In this document: positions 53,059 through 64,000 of the stretch, in pieces
How the letters are laid out: each line of letters starts with the position of its first letter
How positions within the stretch are numbered: position 1 is the first letter of the stretch
Origin: an uncultured Actinomycetaceae bacterium
GTDB lineage: Bacteria; Actinomycetota; Actinomycetes; Actinomycetales; Actinomycetaceae
Assembly (NCBI GenBank): GCA_916438945.1
Contig: CAKAGS010000004.1
Location: 459,232-523,231 of the forward strand
Length of the DNA stretch: 64,000 bases
Direction: 5' to 3'
Program-made: the position numbers and the translations under genes
Notes under the pieces: generated by a model
What the model was told of the DNA's origin: nothing
Databases searched by the model: none
What the model saw: the letters and a program-made list of their open reading frames with translations, nothing else

Positions 53059-54626
53059 GCGCCCTGGGAAGCATTCCCCTCACCTCGCTTAAGACCCTCG
53101 CGGTAGTCGCAGTCCTGGCGGTTCTATCTGTGCTGGCTGGGGCGTCTGCGCTTGCACGTTCGGCCCCGGCGCGCTGCCCGGGACGCACGAGGCGGTGGCT
53201 GGGGCGCACGGTCATCCTCCTCGTGCCCACGATCCTGATCGCGTCCGCGGGGGCGCTCGTCTTCAATCGCTCGCTCGGGCTCGTAAAAACCAGCGGGGAC
53301 CTGGCAAAACTCGCCACCTCAACCGTCGTCGGAACGACCGCGCAGTCGGGCGGCGAGGCCGACATCGACGCGCAGTCGGCCGCCGCATCCGAACTCGACG
53401 CGACCTTTACGACGACCGAGGACGGCATGCTCGAGACCACCTGGACCGGCCCGTCGAGCGGGATCACCCTGCCCGTTTTCGTCATCACCCCGCGCGGCTA
53501 CTCCCCCACCGACGGCAAGACCTACGCGGTTATCGAGCTTCTCCACGGCTACCCGGGCGAGGCCGACGGCACGATGCAGGGCGCGCAGGTTCAGGAGGCG
53601 CTCAACGACGCCATCGACGCGGGGATCATCCCGCCGACAATCGTCGTCGGCCCCTCCCTCAGCGTTGACGAGGAGGCCCACGACTGCGCCGACATCGAGG
53701 GGCGCCCCGCCGTCTACACGTGGGTGTCCCACGACGTCCCCGAGATGATTCGACACAACTTCCCCAATACGTCGTCCAATCGCGACGCCTGGATGATCGG
53801 GGGTTTCTCCGCCGGCGCCTACTGCGCAATCTGGACGGCCCTGCGCACGCCCGAAACCTACGGCGCCGCCGCCTCTCTGTCCGGTTATGACACGCAGATC
53901 GAGGGGCAGATGACCAACCAGGGCGATCAGTACCTGGCCGACAACACGCTGTCGGTCATGCTGGCGAACCGCACGCCTGACGGGATGCGCATCTACGCGA
54001 TGGCGGCCGGGGACGACGCGGTTGGCGGCGCCTACACCGCTCTTAAGATGGCGGCAGCCGTCAAGGAACCCGACAGCGTCACCACGGACGTTCCCCCGAC
54101 TGGCGGGCACGCGGGCCCGCTGTGGCGCGAGCACATTCCGACGATGCTGGCGTGGTGGGGGTCCTCCGACCGGGTCTCGCGGGCCGTCGGTGCCCCTTCG
54201 ACGGCGGCGACCGCACAGTCCTCCGAAGCCAGCGCGTCCATCGTCCCTGTGACGACCGTGACCCACGAGGTCCGACCGACCGCTCCGAACGGGTACCTGA
54301 CGCTTGGACTCCTGATTGTCGGCGTGCTCGTCTCGCTCGTGCTCACGTGGCATATCGCGCCGCGCTGGCAGCTGCGTCGCCACGAGGACCAGCGCAATGA
54401 GGCCGACCACCAACACCGGGGCCGCCACCGCGCCCGGCGGCAGGGGCTCCTGGAGCGCCTTCCGCGCCCCGCTCTCACAGCGCTCGGGTATCTCGCTCGG
54501 TTGACATCCCTGTGCGCTGCAGCAGGAAGCGCCGCGATGCTCATCGGCATCGCCGCCAACATGGTGGGCGGCTTCTACACGTCGTGGGGGTCGGTCGCGC
54601 AGAGCTTCATGGACGGCCTGCGCTAG
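53055..54626 (+). CDS. Membrane-bound alpha/beta-hydrolase (esterase family)
   Basis: LLHGYPG, GFSAG nucleophile motif, GGH. ATGA overlap with the upstream gene. Confidence 0.82.
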   Translation: MSALGSIPLTSLKTLAVVAVLAVLSVLAGASALARSAPARCPGRTRRWLGRTVILLVPTILIASAGALVFNRSLGLVKTSGDLAKLATSTVVGTTAQSGGEADIDAQSAAASELDATFTTTEDGMLETTWTGPSSGITLPVFVITPRGYSPTDGKTYAVIELLHGYPGEADGTMQGAQVQEALNDAIDAGIIPPTIVVGPSLSVDEEAHDCADIEGRPAVYTWVSHDVPEMIRHNFPNTSSNRDAWMIGGFSAGAYCAIWTALRTPETYGAAASLSGYDTQIEGQMTNQGDQYLADNTLSVMLANRTPDGMRIYAMAAGDDAVGGAYTALKMAAAVKEPDSVTTDVPPTGGHAGPLWREHIPTMLAWWGSSDRVSRAVGAPSTAATAQSSEASASIVPVTTVTHEVRPTAPNGYLTLGLLIVGVLVSLVLTWHIAPRWQLRRHEDQRNEADHQHRGRHRARRQGLLERLPRPALTALGYLARLTSLCAAAGSAAMLIGIAANMVGGFYTSWGSVAQSFMDGLR

Positions 54627-54641
54627 TTTCGACCCGCGCTT

Positions 54642-55696
54642 TCAGGCGCGCGGCGGCATGTAGGTCGTCGTCAGCTCCATGCCGGAGTCCGGGGAGAAGT
54701 CCCAATCCGACGGCGGCAGGCCTGCCGCGACCAGTTCGGATCCAATCGCGGCGATCTGGGCGCCGTTGTCCGTGCAAAAATGCAGCGGAGGCATGCGCAC
54801 TGTGACACCCGCGGCCTCGGCGCGCTGCGCGAGCAGGGTGCGCAGGCGCGTGTTCGCGGAAAACCCACCGCCGACGACGATCGTGTCGCAGCCGGTGTCC
54901 AGTGCCGCGCGGACGGCCTTTGCCGTCAGAGAGTCGTTCACGGCCTCGGAGAAGGCCGCGCAGACATTTCCTTGCTGACGGTCTCGCCCCGCGCCCTCGC
55001 GCCCTCGATGTAGCGGGCAACGGCGGTCTTCAGGCCCGAGAACGAGAAGTCGTACTTGTGGCGTTCCTTGTCCTTGCCTGCAGCCAGGCCGCGCGGGAAA
55101 CGGATCGCCTCACGATCACCCTGCTGGGACAGGCGATCCACGTGCGGGCCGCCCGGATAGGGCAGGTCGAGGAGGCGCCCCACCTTGTCAAAGGCCTCTC
55201 CCGCGGCGTCATCCAGAGTGCCGCCGAGTTCGACAACATCGGTCGCAATGTTGCGTATCTCAAGGATGTTCGAGTGACCACCGGAGACAACCAGGCCGAT
55301 GAAGTGCTCGGGAAGCGGGCCATCGGCGAGCTTATCGACAGCCAGGTGACCGATCACGTGGTTGACACCGTACAGGGGCTTGCCCAGCGACGAGGCCAGA
55401 GCCTTCGCCGCGCAGATTCCCACGGTCAGAGATCCGACGAGGCCAGGGCCTGCCGCGACCGCAATCGCGTCGACGTCGGCAAGGGTCAGGCCCGCTTCAT
55501 CCAACGCTGCGTTGAGCGTCGGCAGGAAAGACTCTAGGTGGGCGCGCGACGCAATCTCGGGGATGATGCCGCCGTAGCGGGCGTACTCATCCATCGACGT
55601 GGCCGTGCGGTCGACCAGCAGCTGCGTTCCACGCACGAGGCCGACGCCGGTCTCGTCGCAGGTTGACTCAATACCAAGGACCAGGGGTTCACTCAC
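54642..55696 (-). CDS. tsaD: t6A synthase TsaD; frameshift near 54965
   Basis: [49 protein letters not shown]. Confidence 0.95.
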
Positions 55697-55760
55697 GTCC
55701 CCTAGTCTAAGCCGCGCTCAACTCTGCCGCCGCGCGCGGGGCGGATTGGAGCACGAATCC

Positions 55761-56015
55761 TCAGGAGTCAGCGTCCACCTGCGTGCGGGGACGCAAGTTT
55801 GCAACGAACATTGCGGCCCCGGCTACCCCCAGCACCAGCAGTGACCACGGGAAAAGCGAGTCGGCAATGGGCTTGATCGACGGCGAGCCGAAGAGGACTC
55901 CCAAGAGCAGGATGATCGACAGGATCGCAAAGACAACCATCGCGCCGATTCCAATCGTCGCACTCACCCAGTAGCGCCGCGTGTGCGTGTTCGGGCCGCT
56001 CTCATCGAATTGCAT
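55761..56015 (-). CDS. Small two-TM membrane protein
   Basis: Two hydrophobic helices in an 84-aa ORF. Confidence 0.55.
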   Translation of the reverse strand: MQFDESGPNTHTRRYWVSATIGIGAMVVFAILSIILLLGVLFGSPSIKPIADSLFPWSLLVLGVAGAAMFVANLRPRTQVDADS

Positions 56016-56219
56016 GGCAGAACTCCTCTCTGAGCCGATGATGCTTTCATCATACGCCGCGAGGCCCACCGTGATGGGCTTTTCACCAACCTCCGCCGCT
56101 GCTGCCACGGTGTGTCAACACACCGTGACTATTCGCCGAGCCACTGCCCCCGCGCATCATCAACGCTGGAGGGCCCGGCGCTTACGCGCCGGGCCCTCCG
56201 CGAGGCCACTCCAGCCGAA

Positions 56220-56963
56220 TCAGACGCCCTTGAAGGCAGCCTTGCCGAGCTGGCGGTTGAGGTTTGCGATCACGTCGAGCGGGATCTGCTTGGGGCACAC
56301 CTCAGCACACTCGCCGATGTTCGAGCAGGAGCCGAAGCCCTCCTCGTCCATCTGGTTGAGCATGCCCACGACGCGCTTGTAGTTCTCGGGCTTGCCCTGC
56401 GGGAGCAGGCCGAGGTGCGTGACCTTCGCCGAGGTGAAGAGCATAGCGGAGGCGTTCGGGCAGGCAGCCACGCACGCACCACAGCCGATGCACGCGGCGG
56501 CCTCGAACGCGCGATCCGCGTCCTGCTTCGGGACCGGGGTCGCGTGCGCGTCGGGGGCTGCACCCGTGTTCACGGAGATGTAGCCGCCCGCCTGGATGAT
56601 GCGATCCAGGGCGCTGCGGTTGACCACGAGGTCCTTGATGATCGGGAAGCCCGATGCACGCCACGGCTCGATCGTGATGACGTCGCCATCCTTGAAGGAA
56701 CGCATGTGCAGCTGGCAGGTCGTGGTGACCTCCGGGCCGTGAGCGATACCGTTGATGACGATGCCACACTGACCGCAGATGCCCTCGCGGCAGTCGGAGT
56801 CAAAGGCGACGGGTTCCTCGCCGCGTGCGAAGAGCTCTTCGTTCAGGACGTCGAGCATCTCCAGGAACGAGGACTCTTCCGAGATTCCCTTCACCTGGTA
56901 TTCATGAATTGCGCCCTTGTCTTCGGGACCGTTTTGGCGCCAGATCCTCAGTGTCAGGTTCAC
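56220..56963 (-). CDS. sdhB: Succinate dehydrogenase/fumarate reductase Fe-S subunit
   Basis: [33 protein letters not shown]. Confidence 0.95.
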   Translation of the reverse strand: MNLTLRIWRQNGPEDKGAIHEYQVKGISEESSFLEMLDVLNEELFARGEEPVAFDSDCREGICGQCGIVINGIAHGPEVTTTCQLHMRSFKDGDVITIEPWRASGFPIIKDLVVNRSALDRIIQAGGYISVNTGAAPDAHATPVPKQDADRAFEAAACIGCGACVAACPNASAMLFTSAKVTHLGLLPQGKPENYKRVVGMLNQMDEEGFGSCSNIGECAEVCPKQIPLDVIANLNRQLGKAAFKGV

Positions 56964-58939
56964 TTGTAGCTCCGCTGCTTCAGCTCGATGTCGTTGTAAA
57001 TCAGGTCTTCCTTGTGGAGGATCGGGGGCTCGCCTTCGCCAGCGTATTCCCAAGCCGCCACGTACAGGAACTTGTCGTCGTGACGCAGGGCCTCACCCTC
57101 GGGAGTCTGGGACTCCGCGCGGAAGTGGCCGCCACACGACTCTTCGCGGTGCAGCGCGTCAATGCACATGAGCTCGCCCAGCTCCATGAAGTCGGCGACG
57201 CGGCCGGCCTTCTCGAGGGACTGGTTGAGTTCACCGATCGACTTGCCGGGAACGCGAACGTTCTTCCAGTAGTCGGCACGCAGCTCGCGGATCATACCGA
57301 TGGCCTTCTTCAGGCCTTCCTCGGTACGCTCCATGCCGCAGTACTCCCACATGATCTTGCCCAGCTCCTTGTGGAACGAGTCCACGGAGCGGGTGCCATT
57401 GATCGACATGAGGGTGTCGATACGGCCTGAGCCGACTCGAGAGCTTCCTTCACCGAAGGCGAGTTCTCGTCCAGCTTGGGCAGGTGGAAGCAGTGCGCCA
57501 GGTAGTCGTTGATCGTGTTAGGCAGGACGAAGTAACCGTCCGACAGGCCCTGCATGAGCGCCGAGGCACCCAGGCGGTTCGCGCCGTGGTCGGAGAAGTT
57601 CGCCTCGCCCGGCCACGTACAGACCGGGCAGGTTCGACTCGAGGTCGTAGTCAACCCACAGGCCACCCATGGTGTAGTGGACGGCCGGGTAGATGCGCAT
57701 CGGCACCTCGTAGGGGTTGTCGCCCGTGATGCGCTCGTACATGTCGAAGAGGTTGCCGTACTTGGCGGACACGGCGGCCAGGCCCATACGGTTGATCGCG
57801 TCGGAGAAGTCGAGGTAAACGCCGCGGGCGACACCGTCGATCTTCGGGCCGACGCCACGGCCCTCGTCACACATGTTCTTGGCCTGACGCGACGCGATGT
57901 CGCGGGGCACGAGGTTACCGAAGGAGGGGTAGATGCGCTCCAGGTAGTAGTCGCGATCCTCTTCGGGGATGTCGCGCGGGTCCTTCTCGCAGTCCTCGGC
58001 GCGCTTGGGAACCCAGATGCGACCGTCGTTACGCAGCGACTCCGACATGAGGGTCAGCTTCGACTGCTGGTCGCCGTGCTGGGGGATGCACGTGGGGTGG
58101 ATCTGCGTGAAGCAGGGGTTGCCGAAGTAGGCGCCCTTGCGGTACGCACGCCAGATGGCGGTCGCGTTACAGCCCATCGCGTTGGTGGACAGGAAGAACA
58201 CGTTGCCGTAGCCGCCGGTGGCCAGGACGACCGCGTCAGCGATGAAGGTCTCGAGCTTGCCGGTGGACATGTCGCGGGCGACAATGCCGCGAGCCTTGCC
58301 CTCGTCGACGATGAGCTCGACCATCTCGTGACGCGAGTGCTCGGTGACTGTGCCGGCCGCGACCTGGCGCTCGAGCGCCTGGTAGGCGCCGATCAGCAGC
58401 TGCTGACCTGTCTGGCCACGCGCGTAGAACGTACGGGACACCTGCACGCCACCGAAGGAGCGGTTGTCGAGGAGGCCGCCGTACTCGCGGGCGAAGGGGA
58501 CGCCCTGCGCGACGCACTGGTCGATGATGTTAGCGCTGACCTCGGCAAGGCGGTAGACGTTGTCCTCACGAGCGCGGTAGTCGCCGCCCTTCACCGTGTC
58601 GTAGAAGAGACGGTAGACGGAGTCGTTGTCGTTGCGGTAGTTCTTCGCGGCGTTGATACCACCCTGCGCGGCGATGGAGTGAGCGCGGCGGGCGGAGTCC
58701 TGGTAGAAGAAGCAGTCGACGTTGTAGCCCATTTCGCCGAGCGAGGCGGCGGCAGCGCCGCCCGCGAGGCCGGAGCCGACGATGATGACGCGCAGCTTAC
58801 GGCGGTTGGCGGGGTTGACCAGCGCGGCGCTGAACTTACGCTGTTCCCAGCGCTGCGCGATCGGGACGTCGTGGGGAGCCTTCGTGTCGGCGATCTTCTC
58901 GCCTTCACGGTAGAGGCCGTGGATGAGTGTATCGGTCAT
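56960..58939 (-). CDS. sdhA: Succinate dehydrogenase/fumarate reductase flavoprotein; frameshifts near 57613 and 57422
   Basis: [43 protein letters not shown]. Confidence 0.95.
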
Positions 58940-58955
58940 GATTGCGTGCCCTTCC

Positions 58956-59669
58956 TCAGTGGATCAAGCCGGTGACGATGGCGACGGGCGGGGCCATGAA
59001 CATCACGAAGATGACCAGACCGACCAGGCCCGAGAGGAGAACCAGCGGCTTGCGGGTCGCGGAACGCACCCAACCGAGCGACTGGAACATGGACCAGAAG
59101 CCGTGGGAGACGTGGACGCAGGCGCAGCCGACGAACACGGCGTAGAGGATCACCAGGACCGGCGACTGGAAGGAAGCGACCATGCGGGCGTAAGGCGTGG
59201 TGACGTCAGCGCCGAAGTTCGCGAGCTTCGCGGGCAGGCTCACGGTGGTGAAGTGAGCGATGTGGAAGATCAGGATCAGCAGGATGAGGACACCGCTCAT
59301 ACGCATGGTGCGAGCCGCGTAGGAGTCCGAGACGGACTTCTTGACGACGTACCGGGTGGAGCGAGCGCGACGCGAACGCTTCCAGGTGTAAGCGGCAGCC
59401 CACAGGTGGATGATGAGCATCAGCGCCATGGCGGCGCGGAAGACCCAGATGAATCCGCCGTGCGGGAAGATCGGCACGAAAGCCTCTTCATGCAGCCAGT
59501 GCGCGTAGTCGTTGTAGACCTCCGCACCCAGGAACATCTTGAGGTTGCCGTAGGAGTGGAACAGCAAGAAGAAAACGAAAACGAAGCCCGAGACGGCCAT
59601 CAGCTGCTTAATAAAGACGCTGGTGGTCCACGCGCGGCGCTTCTTCGTTGCGACATTTTGAGTGGCCAT
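58956..59669 (-). CDS. sdhC: Succinate dehydrogenase cytochrome b subunit
   Basis: [26 protein letters not shown]. Confidence 0.92.
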   Translation of the reverse strand: MATQNVATKKRRAWTTSVFIKQLMAVSGFVFVFFLLFHSYGNLKMFLGAEVYNDYAHWLHEEAFVPIFPHGGFIWVFRAAMALMLIIHLWAAAYTWKRSRRARSTRYVVKKSVSDSYAARTMRMSGVLILLILIFHIAHFTTVSLPAKLANFGADVTTPYARMVASFQSPVLVILYAVFVGCACVHVSHGFWSMFQSLGWVRSATRKPLVLLSGLVGLVIFVMFMAPPVAIVTGLIH

Positions 59670-59873
59670 GCCTTGAGCATATCGACGCTTTTCCTCCGCT
59701 TCGTAGGACCATGGCACGAGGCCCCGCACACCGCGTGGCGACACCCTGTCATTTTCCGCTATTTTCCGCGGCTATCGAGACACCTCACGCCCACGACCGC
59801 AAGGGAAAAACATGGGACCAACGGTCCTGCAAACAGTGCTCAAAAGACAGGAATTTTGATACACCGACCATAC

Positions 59874-60350
59874 CTATTTAGTGGCGGTCGTCGCATTGCC
59901 TGAGATCAGGGAAGCCCTCATCTCGACGGCCTCTTCGACGGGGTTGCGAAAGTAGCGCGGTCGGCGGCCGATTTCGACGAACCCTCGCGTCTCGTACAGG
60001 CGGATGGCGCTCTCGTTCGAGGGGCGCACGTCGAGGAAGATCTCGCGTGCTCCGGCCTCGCGAGACCATGCCAGGAGGGCGTCGAGAATCGTCGCTCCGA
60101 TGCCTCGACCACGCGCGTGGGAGCGCACCCCGATGGTCATGATGTCTGCCTGATCTCCACCAACCTTGGCGCCGCCGTATCCGACGACGTCTCCCGAGCC
60201 ATCGGCAGCGATCCAGTAGCGCGAGGCCGGAGAGGAGAGCTCCTCGGCGATCATGTAGGGGGTCCAGGGGTCCTCAGGGAACACCTCGGCCTCGAGGGCA
60301 GCGAAGATTTCGAGGTCGCCCGGCCCGGCAACGCGCAGCGTAGCGTTCAC
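59874..60350 (-). CDS. rimI: Ribosomal protein S18 alanine N-acetyltransferase
   Basis: F..DPW, RGRGIG, LDVRPSN..AI.LY...GF, RPRYF. Confidence 0.9.
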   Translation of the reverse strand: MNATLRVAGPGDLEIFAALEAEVFPEDPWTPYMIAEELSSPASRYWIAADGSGDVVGYGGAKVGGDQADIMTIGVRSHARGRGIGATILDALLAWSREAGAREIFLDVRPSNESAIRLYETRGFVEIGRRPRYFRNPVEEAVEMRASLISGNATTATK

Positions 60351-61044
60351 AGGCGCGCGGTGGGCTGGCCCTGAATGTCGGGGCGGCGCAGGTAGAGGGG
60401 GTCGGTGCGCAGACGATCCTCCTCGCCGCGCGATAGGCGCGTGGCGACGATGCGGCTCATGACGGCGGGATCGAGGCTCACCTGGGGTCCGATGTCCGCG
60501 CGGGCGAGCGCGTCGGCGCTGTGCGCGGGAATCGGGGCTCCGGCGACGACGAGGCCGGGGGGGCGGTCCGCATGGCGCCCAGCAGCGCAGACACGTCCCC
60601 GACCTCGAGGCGCCCCTCAAGGGTGACGTCGTCGGGCCCGGAGGCCACGTACGAGCCCCAGTAGAGTTCGCGGCGTCGTGCGTCGGCAATCGCGTAGACG
60701 CGGGCGTCGGGAGCCAGGAGGTCGAGTCCCTGGCGGGCGATGACGTCGAGTGCGGACACCCCGTAGGCGGGCACGCCCGCGACGGCGGCAAGAACGCGGG
60801 CAGAGACGAGGCCGGCGCGCAGTCCTGTAAAGGGGGCGGGACCGGTGCCCACGAGAATGCGATCGATACCGGCGTGGGCGAGCTGCGCGGGCAAGCCGGC
60901 AGCCTCGAGGGCCTCACGCACGAGCGGGGTGATCGATTCGGCGTGGTGGCGCCCGGAATCGTTGTGGGCGCGGGCGATGACGCAGCCGTCGTCGACGATG
61001 GCGACGGTGGTGGCTGCTTGGGTGTCCAGGGCTATCTCTCGCAC
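60347..61044 (-). CDS. tsaB: TsaB; frameshift near 60565
   Basis: LDT, HAESITP, GTGPAPFTGLRAG, DARRRELY, C-terminal PLYLRRPD. Confidence 0.92.
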
Positions 61045-61053
61045 GGTGTGATC

Positions 61054-61626
61054 CTACTCGTCGGCGTCGGCCTCGTCGATGCGGCGTCCGCCGTGGGCAG
61101 CGACGACACCATCGAGCACGCCGTCCCAGCGGTGGCCGTAGGCGCGCATGACGATGCGCCGACGGCCGTCATCCATGTGCTCCAAGTCGATGACGTCACC
61201 GTCGTGGTCGGCCTCGCCGCCCGATGCCCGGCGCACCTCGATGGAGAGGCGCTCGGCGCTCATCGCCTCCGTCTTACCTTCGCCCCACTCAACGACGGTG
61301 ACGGCCTCGTCGAGAGAAGAGTCGAGGTCGAGGGTCTCCAGGTCGCTGAGGTCCGTGATGCGATAGGCGTCAGCGTGGATAAGGTCCGGGCCGCCGTGAA
61401 GCGAGGGGTGCACACGGGCGACGATGAAGGTCGGCGAGGCGACGCGGCCACGCACGCCCATACCGACGCCGATTCCCTGGGTGAGGGTGGTCTTGCCGGC
61501 GCCGAGGCCGCCCGAGAGCATGAGGAGGTCGCCGGCCGCCAGGACGCGGCCGAGGTCTTCACCGAGGGCCCGCGTCTGGTCTGCGTCGCGCGTCGACACC
61601 TCGTAGGAGGCGATGGGCTGGGTCAT
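61054..61626 (-). CDS. tsaE: t6A ATPase TsaE
   Basis: LGAGKT, VASPTF, HADAYR, VEWG. Confidence 0.95.
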   Translation of the reverse strand: MTQPIASYEVSTRDADQTRALGEDLGRVLAAGDLLMLSGGLGAGKTTLTQGIGVGMGVRGRVASPTFIVARVHPSLHGGPDLIHADAYRITDLSDLETLDLDSSLDEAVTVVEWGEGKTEAMSAERLSIEVRRASGGEADHDGDVIDLEHMDDGRRRIVMRAYGHRWDGVLDGVVAAHGGRRIDEADADE

Positions 61627-62891
61627 GAGTTGCTCCCGAAGGTCGCGTCGGCGCCATCCCGGTAGATGCGGGGGATGTGTGCGCCCAGGTGGGTGACGAT
61701 TTCGTAGTTGATGGTACCGGCTGCCTGCGCCCAGTCGTCGGCCAAAGCCTCACCGTCTGCTCCCGAGCCGAACAGGATGGCGATGTCTCCGGGGGCCGCG
61801 GGGGCGTCCCCGCTGCGTGCGGTCGGCGTTCCGGGGCTTGCCTGCGCGGGGCCTAGGTCGACCATGAACTGGTCCATGCACACGCGCCCGACGATGGGCG
61901 CGTTGAGGGGGCCGGAGGCGCTCTGGACGACGACGCGCGCCCGGTTGGAGGCGGCTCGCAGGATGCCGTCGCCGTAGCCGAGGGGAACCAGGCCGATCCA
62001 GCGGCGCGTGGGCGCGACCCAGGTTCCCCCGTACGAGGCAGGGGTCCCCTCTTCGATGACCTTGACGGAGGTGAGGGGGGCGCTCAGCTCGAGGGCGGGG
62101 ATGAGGCCGAGTTCTTCAGCCGTAGCGACCGAAGGGTCGGGGCTCAGCCCGTACAGGCCAATGCCGGCGCGGACCATGTCGTAGTGGGCCTCGGGGTGCC
62201 AGAGGATGCCCGACGTGGCGGACAGGTGGCGGATGCGCGGCGTGATGCCCGCGTCGGCGAGGATCGCCAGACCCTCCTCGAAAATACGCACGTGGCTCGC
62301 GGTCGACGCGTTTCCCGCCTCGCTGGGGTCGTCGGCGCGGGACATGTGGCTCCATGCGCCCACGACGTCGACGAGGCCGTCGTCGACGGCCATCCGCAGG
62401 GCCGAGGCCAGGGCGGGCAGGTCGGCGAGGGTGGAGCCCGCGCGGGACATACCGGTGTCGATCTTGACGTGGACGCGCGCGGGGCGGCCGGCCTGCCTGG
62501 CGGCGGCACAGATGTCGGCAAGGACCCAGGTCCACGACACGGACAGGTCGATGTCGGCCTCGATCGCGGCGGCGAAGTCGGAGGAGGAGGTGGAAATCCA
62601 CGCGAGGATAGGCGCGTCGGCACGGGCGACCCCGGCCTCGTCGAGGCCTCGGCGCAGTGCAAAGGCCTCGGCCAGCTGGGCGACGCCCAGCCAGTCGGCG
62701 CCACCGTCCAGGGCGGCGCGGGCGACCGGGAGGAGGCCATGCCCGTAGGCGTTCGCCTTGACGGTCGCGAGCTGGAGCGCGCCCGGGGCGGCGGCCCGCA
62801 GGACGCTGAGGTTGTGCGTGATGGCGGCCAGGTCAACGGCCGCGCACGACGGGTATCCCCGGCCCTCGCTTTGAATGTCTGTGACAGTCAC
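61623..62891 (-). CDS. alr: Alanine racemase
   Basis: VKANAYGHG, KIDTGMSR, GYGDG, GRVCMDQ, TINYE. Confidence 0.96.
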   Translation of the reverse strand: MTVTDIQSEGRGYPSCAAVDLAAITHNLSVLRAAAPGALQLATVKANAYGHGLLPVARAALDGGADWLGVAQLAEAFALRRGLDEAGVARADAPILAWISTSSSDFAAAIEADIDLSVSWTWVLADICAAARQAGRPARVHVKIDTGMSRAGSTLADLPALASALRMAVDDGLVDVVGAWSHMSRADDPSEAGNASTASHVRIFEEGLAILADAGITPRIRHLSATSGILWHPEAHYDMVRAGIGLYGLSPDPSVATAEELGLIPALELSAPLTSVKVIEEGTPASYGGTWVAPTRRWIGLVPLGYGDGILRAASNRARVVVQSASGPLNAPIVGRVCMDQFMVDLGPAQASPGTPTARSGDAPAAPGDIAILFGSGADGEALADDWAQAAGTINYEIVTHLGAHIPRIYRDGADATFGSNS

Positions 62892-62930
62892 TCCCCTAGT
62901 ATCTCACGGTCGCGGGGACTCCCTCCACAG

Positions 62931-64000
62931 TCAGCGGGCGGGGTCTGCGAGTGCGAGTGGGATTGACGCTGCGATGTCCGAGGCCTGGATGGGGATGCGC
63001 CCTGCGCCGCGCTCGGCCGCGAGCGCGGCTGCGCGTCCGTGGAGGGCGACAGCTGCTGACAGGCGCGTGGGGGTGACGGCCTGCGCTCGTCCGTCCGGCC
63101 CAGGCACTGTCTCCGCCTCCGCGAGCGGTCGCGCGAGGACGCCGGCGAGGAATCCCGCGAGTACGTCCCCGTTTCCGGCGACGCCCGCCCAGGAGGTCGT
63201 CGTCTGGCCGACCGTCGGGGTGTAGGAGCGCACGAGGCGGCCCTGCGCCAGCGCGTCCACGTCGGGCCACGCTTCCGTGCTGTTCAGAGCGCGCTGGAAG
63301 GCCTCCTTGACGTCGGTGTCCACATATTCGAAGGAGTACACGATCGTGACGGGGCCTTTGAGGACGACGTGGCAGCCCGTGGCCTCGTGGAGCGCGCGGG
63401 CGTAGCGCAGAGGAGCGGCGGCCACCTCGGCCCGCGTCACCGGAGCGCCGAGGCGTCCCAGGAGGCGCGCGGCCTCGCCGTAGTGCGGGGTGAGGACGGT
63501 GACATCGGGCTTCAGCGAGCCGAGCAGCTCGGGGACGAGGTCGAGCGCCCACGCGTCGATAACGAGGGGCATGCCCGATTGCCCGCAGAATTGCGCGAGC
63601 TCGAGCGCATCCTCGCGCCGATCCTCGTCGAGGCCGGGGCCGATGAGGGCGGACTGGATGCGCCCGCCGACGGTGACGACGCCGGGTTGGTCGGCCAGCA
63701 CGAGGTCTTGGACGCGCCTCGTGGAGTTCAGGCGCACCATACCCACGCCCGCAGCCAGCGCCCCGCGCGTCGCGAGAACGCCGGCACCCGGGTAGGTGTC
63801 GGATCCGGCGACGAGGCCGACAACGCCGCGGGCGTACTTGTCGTCTGAGAACGCGGGGACGGGGACGACTTCGTGGGCGGAAAAGGCCTCGTCGACGACG
63901 TAGAGGTCGTCCGCGCCGATCACCCCGTCATCGCCCTGGGCGCGGCCCGTCCCGCTGCTGTCCCAGTCCATCGTCACGAGGCTGATGTCCCCGGTGAACT
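62931..64000 (-). CDS. nnr: NAD(P)H-hydrate dehydratase (YjeF C-terminal domain), truncated by the window edge
   Basis: DKYARG, AGSDTYPGA, GPGL, LTPHYGE, LKG, AGNGDVLAG. Confidence 0.88.
   Translation of the reverse strand, partial: FTGDISLVTMDWDSSGTGRAQGDDGVIGADDLYVVDEAFSAHEVVPVPAFSDDKYARGVVGLVAGSDTYPGAGVLATRGALAAGVGMVRLNSTRRVQDLVLADQPGVVTVGGRIQSALIGPGLDEDRREDALELAQFCGQSGMPLVIDAWALDLVPELLGSLKPDVTVLTPHYGEAARLLGRLGAPVTRAEVAAAPLRYARALHEATGCHVVLKGPVTIVYSFEYVDTDVKEAFQRALNSTEAWPDVDALAQGRLVRSYTPTVGQTTTSWAGVAGNGDVLAGFLAGVLARPLAEAETVPGPDGRAQAVTPTRLSAAVALHGRAAALAAERGAGRIPIQASDIAASIPLALADPAR

Overview
High-GC actinobacterial chromosome segment, most consistent with Actinomycetaceae (Schaalia/Actinomyces-like). 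This is inferred from gene content, synteny and LARTG-type sortase tails. The core genes are pfkA (partial), a symporter, pta-ackA, cobB, an NrtR/SPFH/NAD-kinase-like block, nadE, an iron-siderophore ABC system, a ~16 kb extracellular-DNA/nucleoside catabolic cluster (ExeM nuclease, 5'-nucleotidase, BMP-type ABC, cdd, deoA, deoR, deoD, deoC, phosphomutase), two guaB genes, whiB, groES with CIRCE, sdhCAB, tsaEBD/rimI, alr and nnr. Many genes carry single-base frameshifts, including essential ones, which points to assembly indel errors. The main unexplained structures are: (1) two integrase-free single-gene cassettes (a Hanks-type kinase; a DUF3800 gene preceded by its own promoter and a structured ~80-nt RNA) stacked between diverged duplications of the ackA-cobB junction; (2) a third cassette flanked by a duplicated nadE 3' end; (3) the 13-mer GACGAGGCCGGGG, found at least 14 times and resembling a DNA-uptake sequence; (4) two related inverted arrays of 19-bp units and a pair of 105-bp MITE-like elements. 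All calls come from reading the sequence by eye; no database searches were run.
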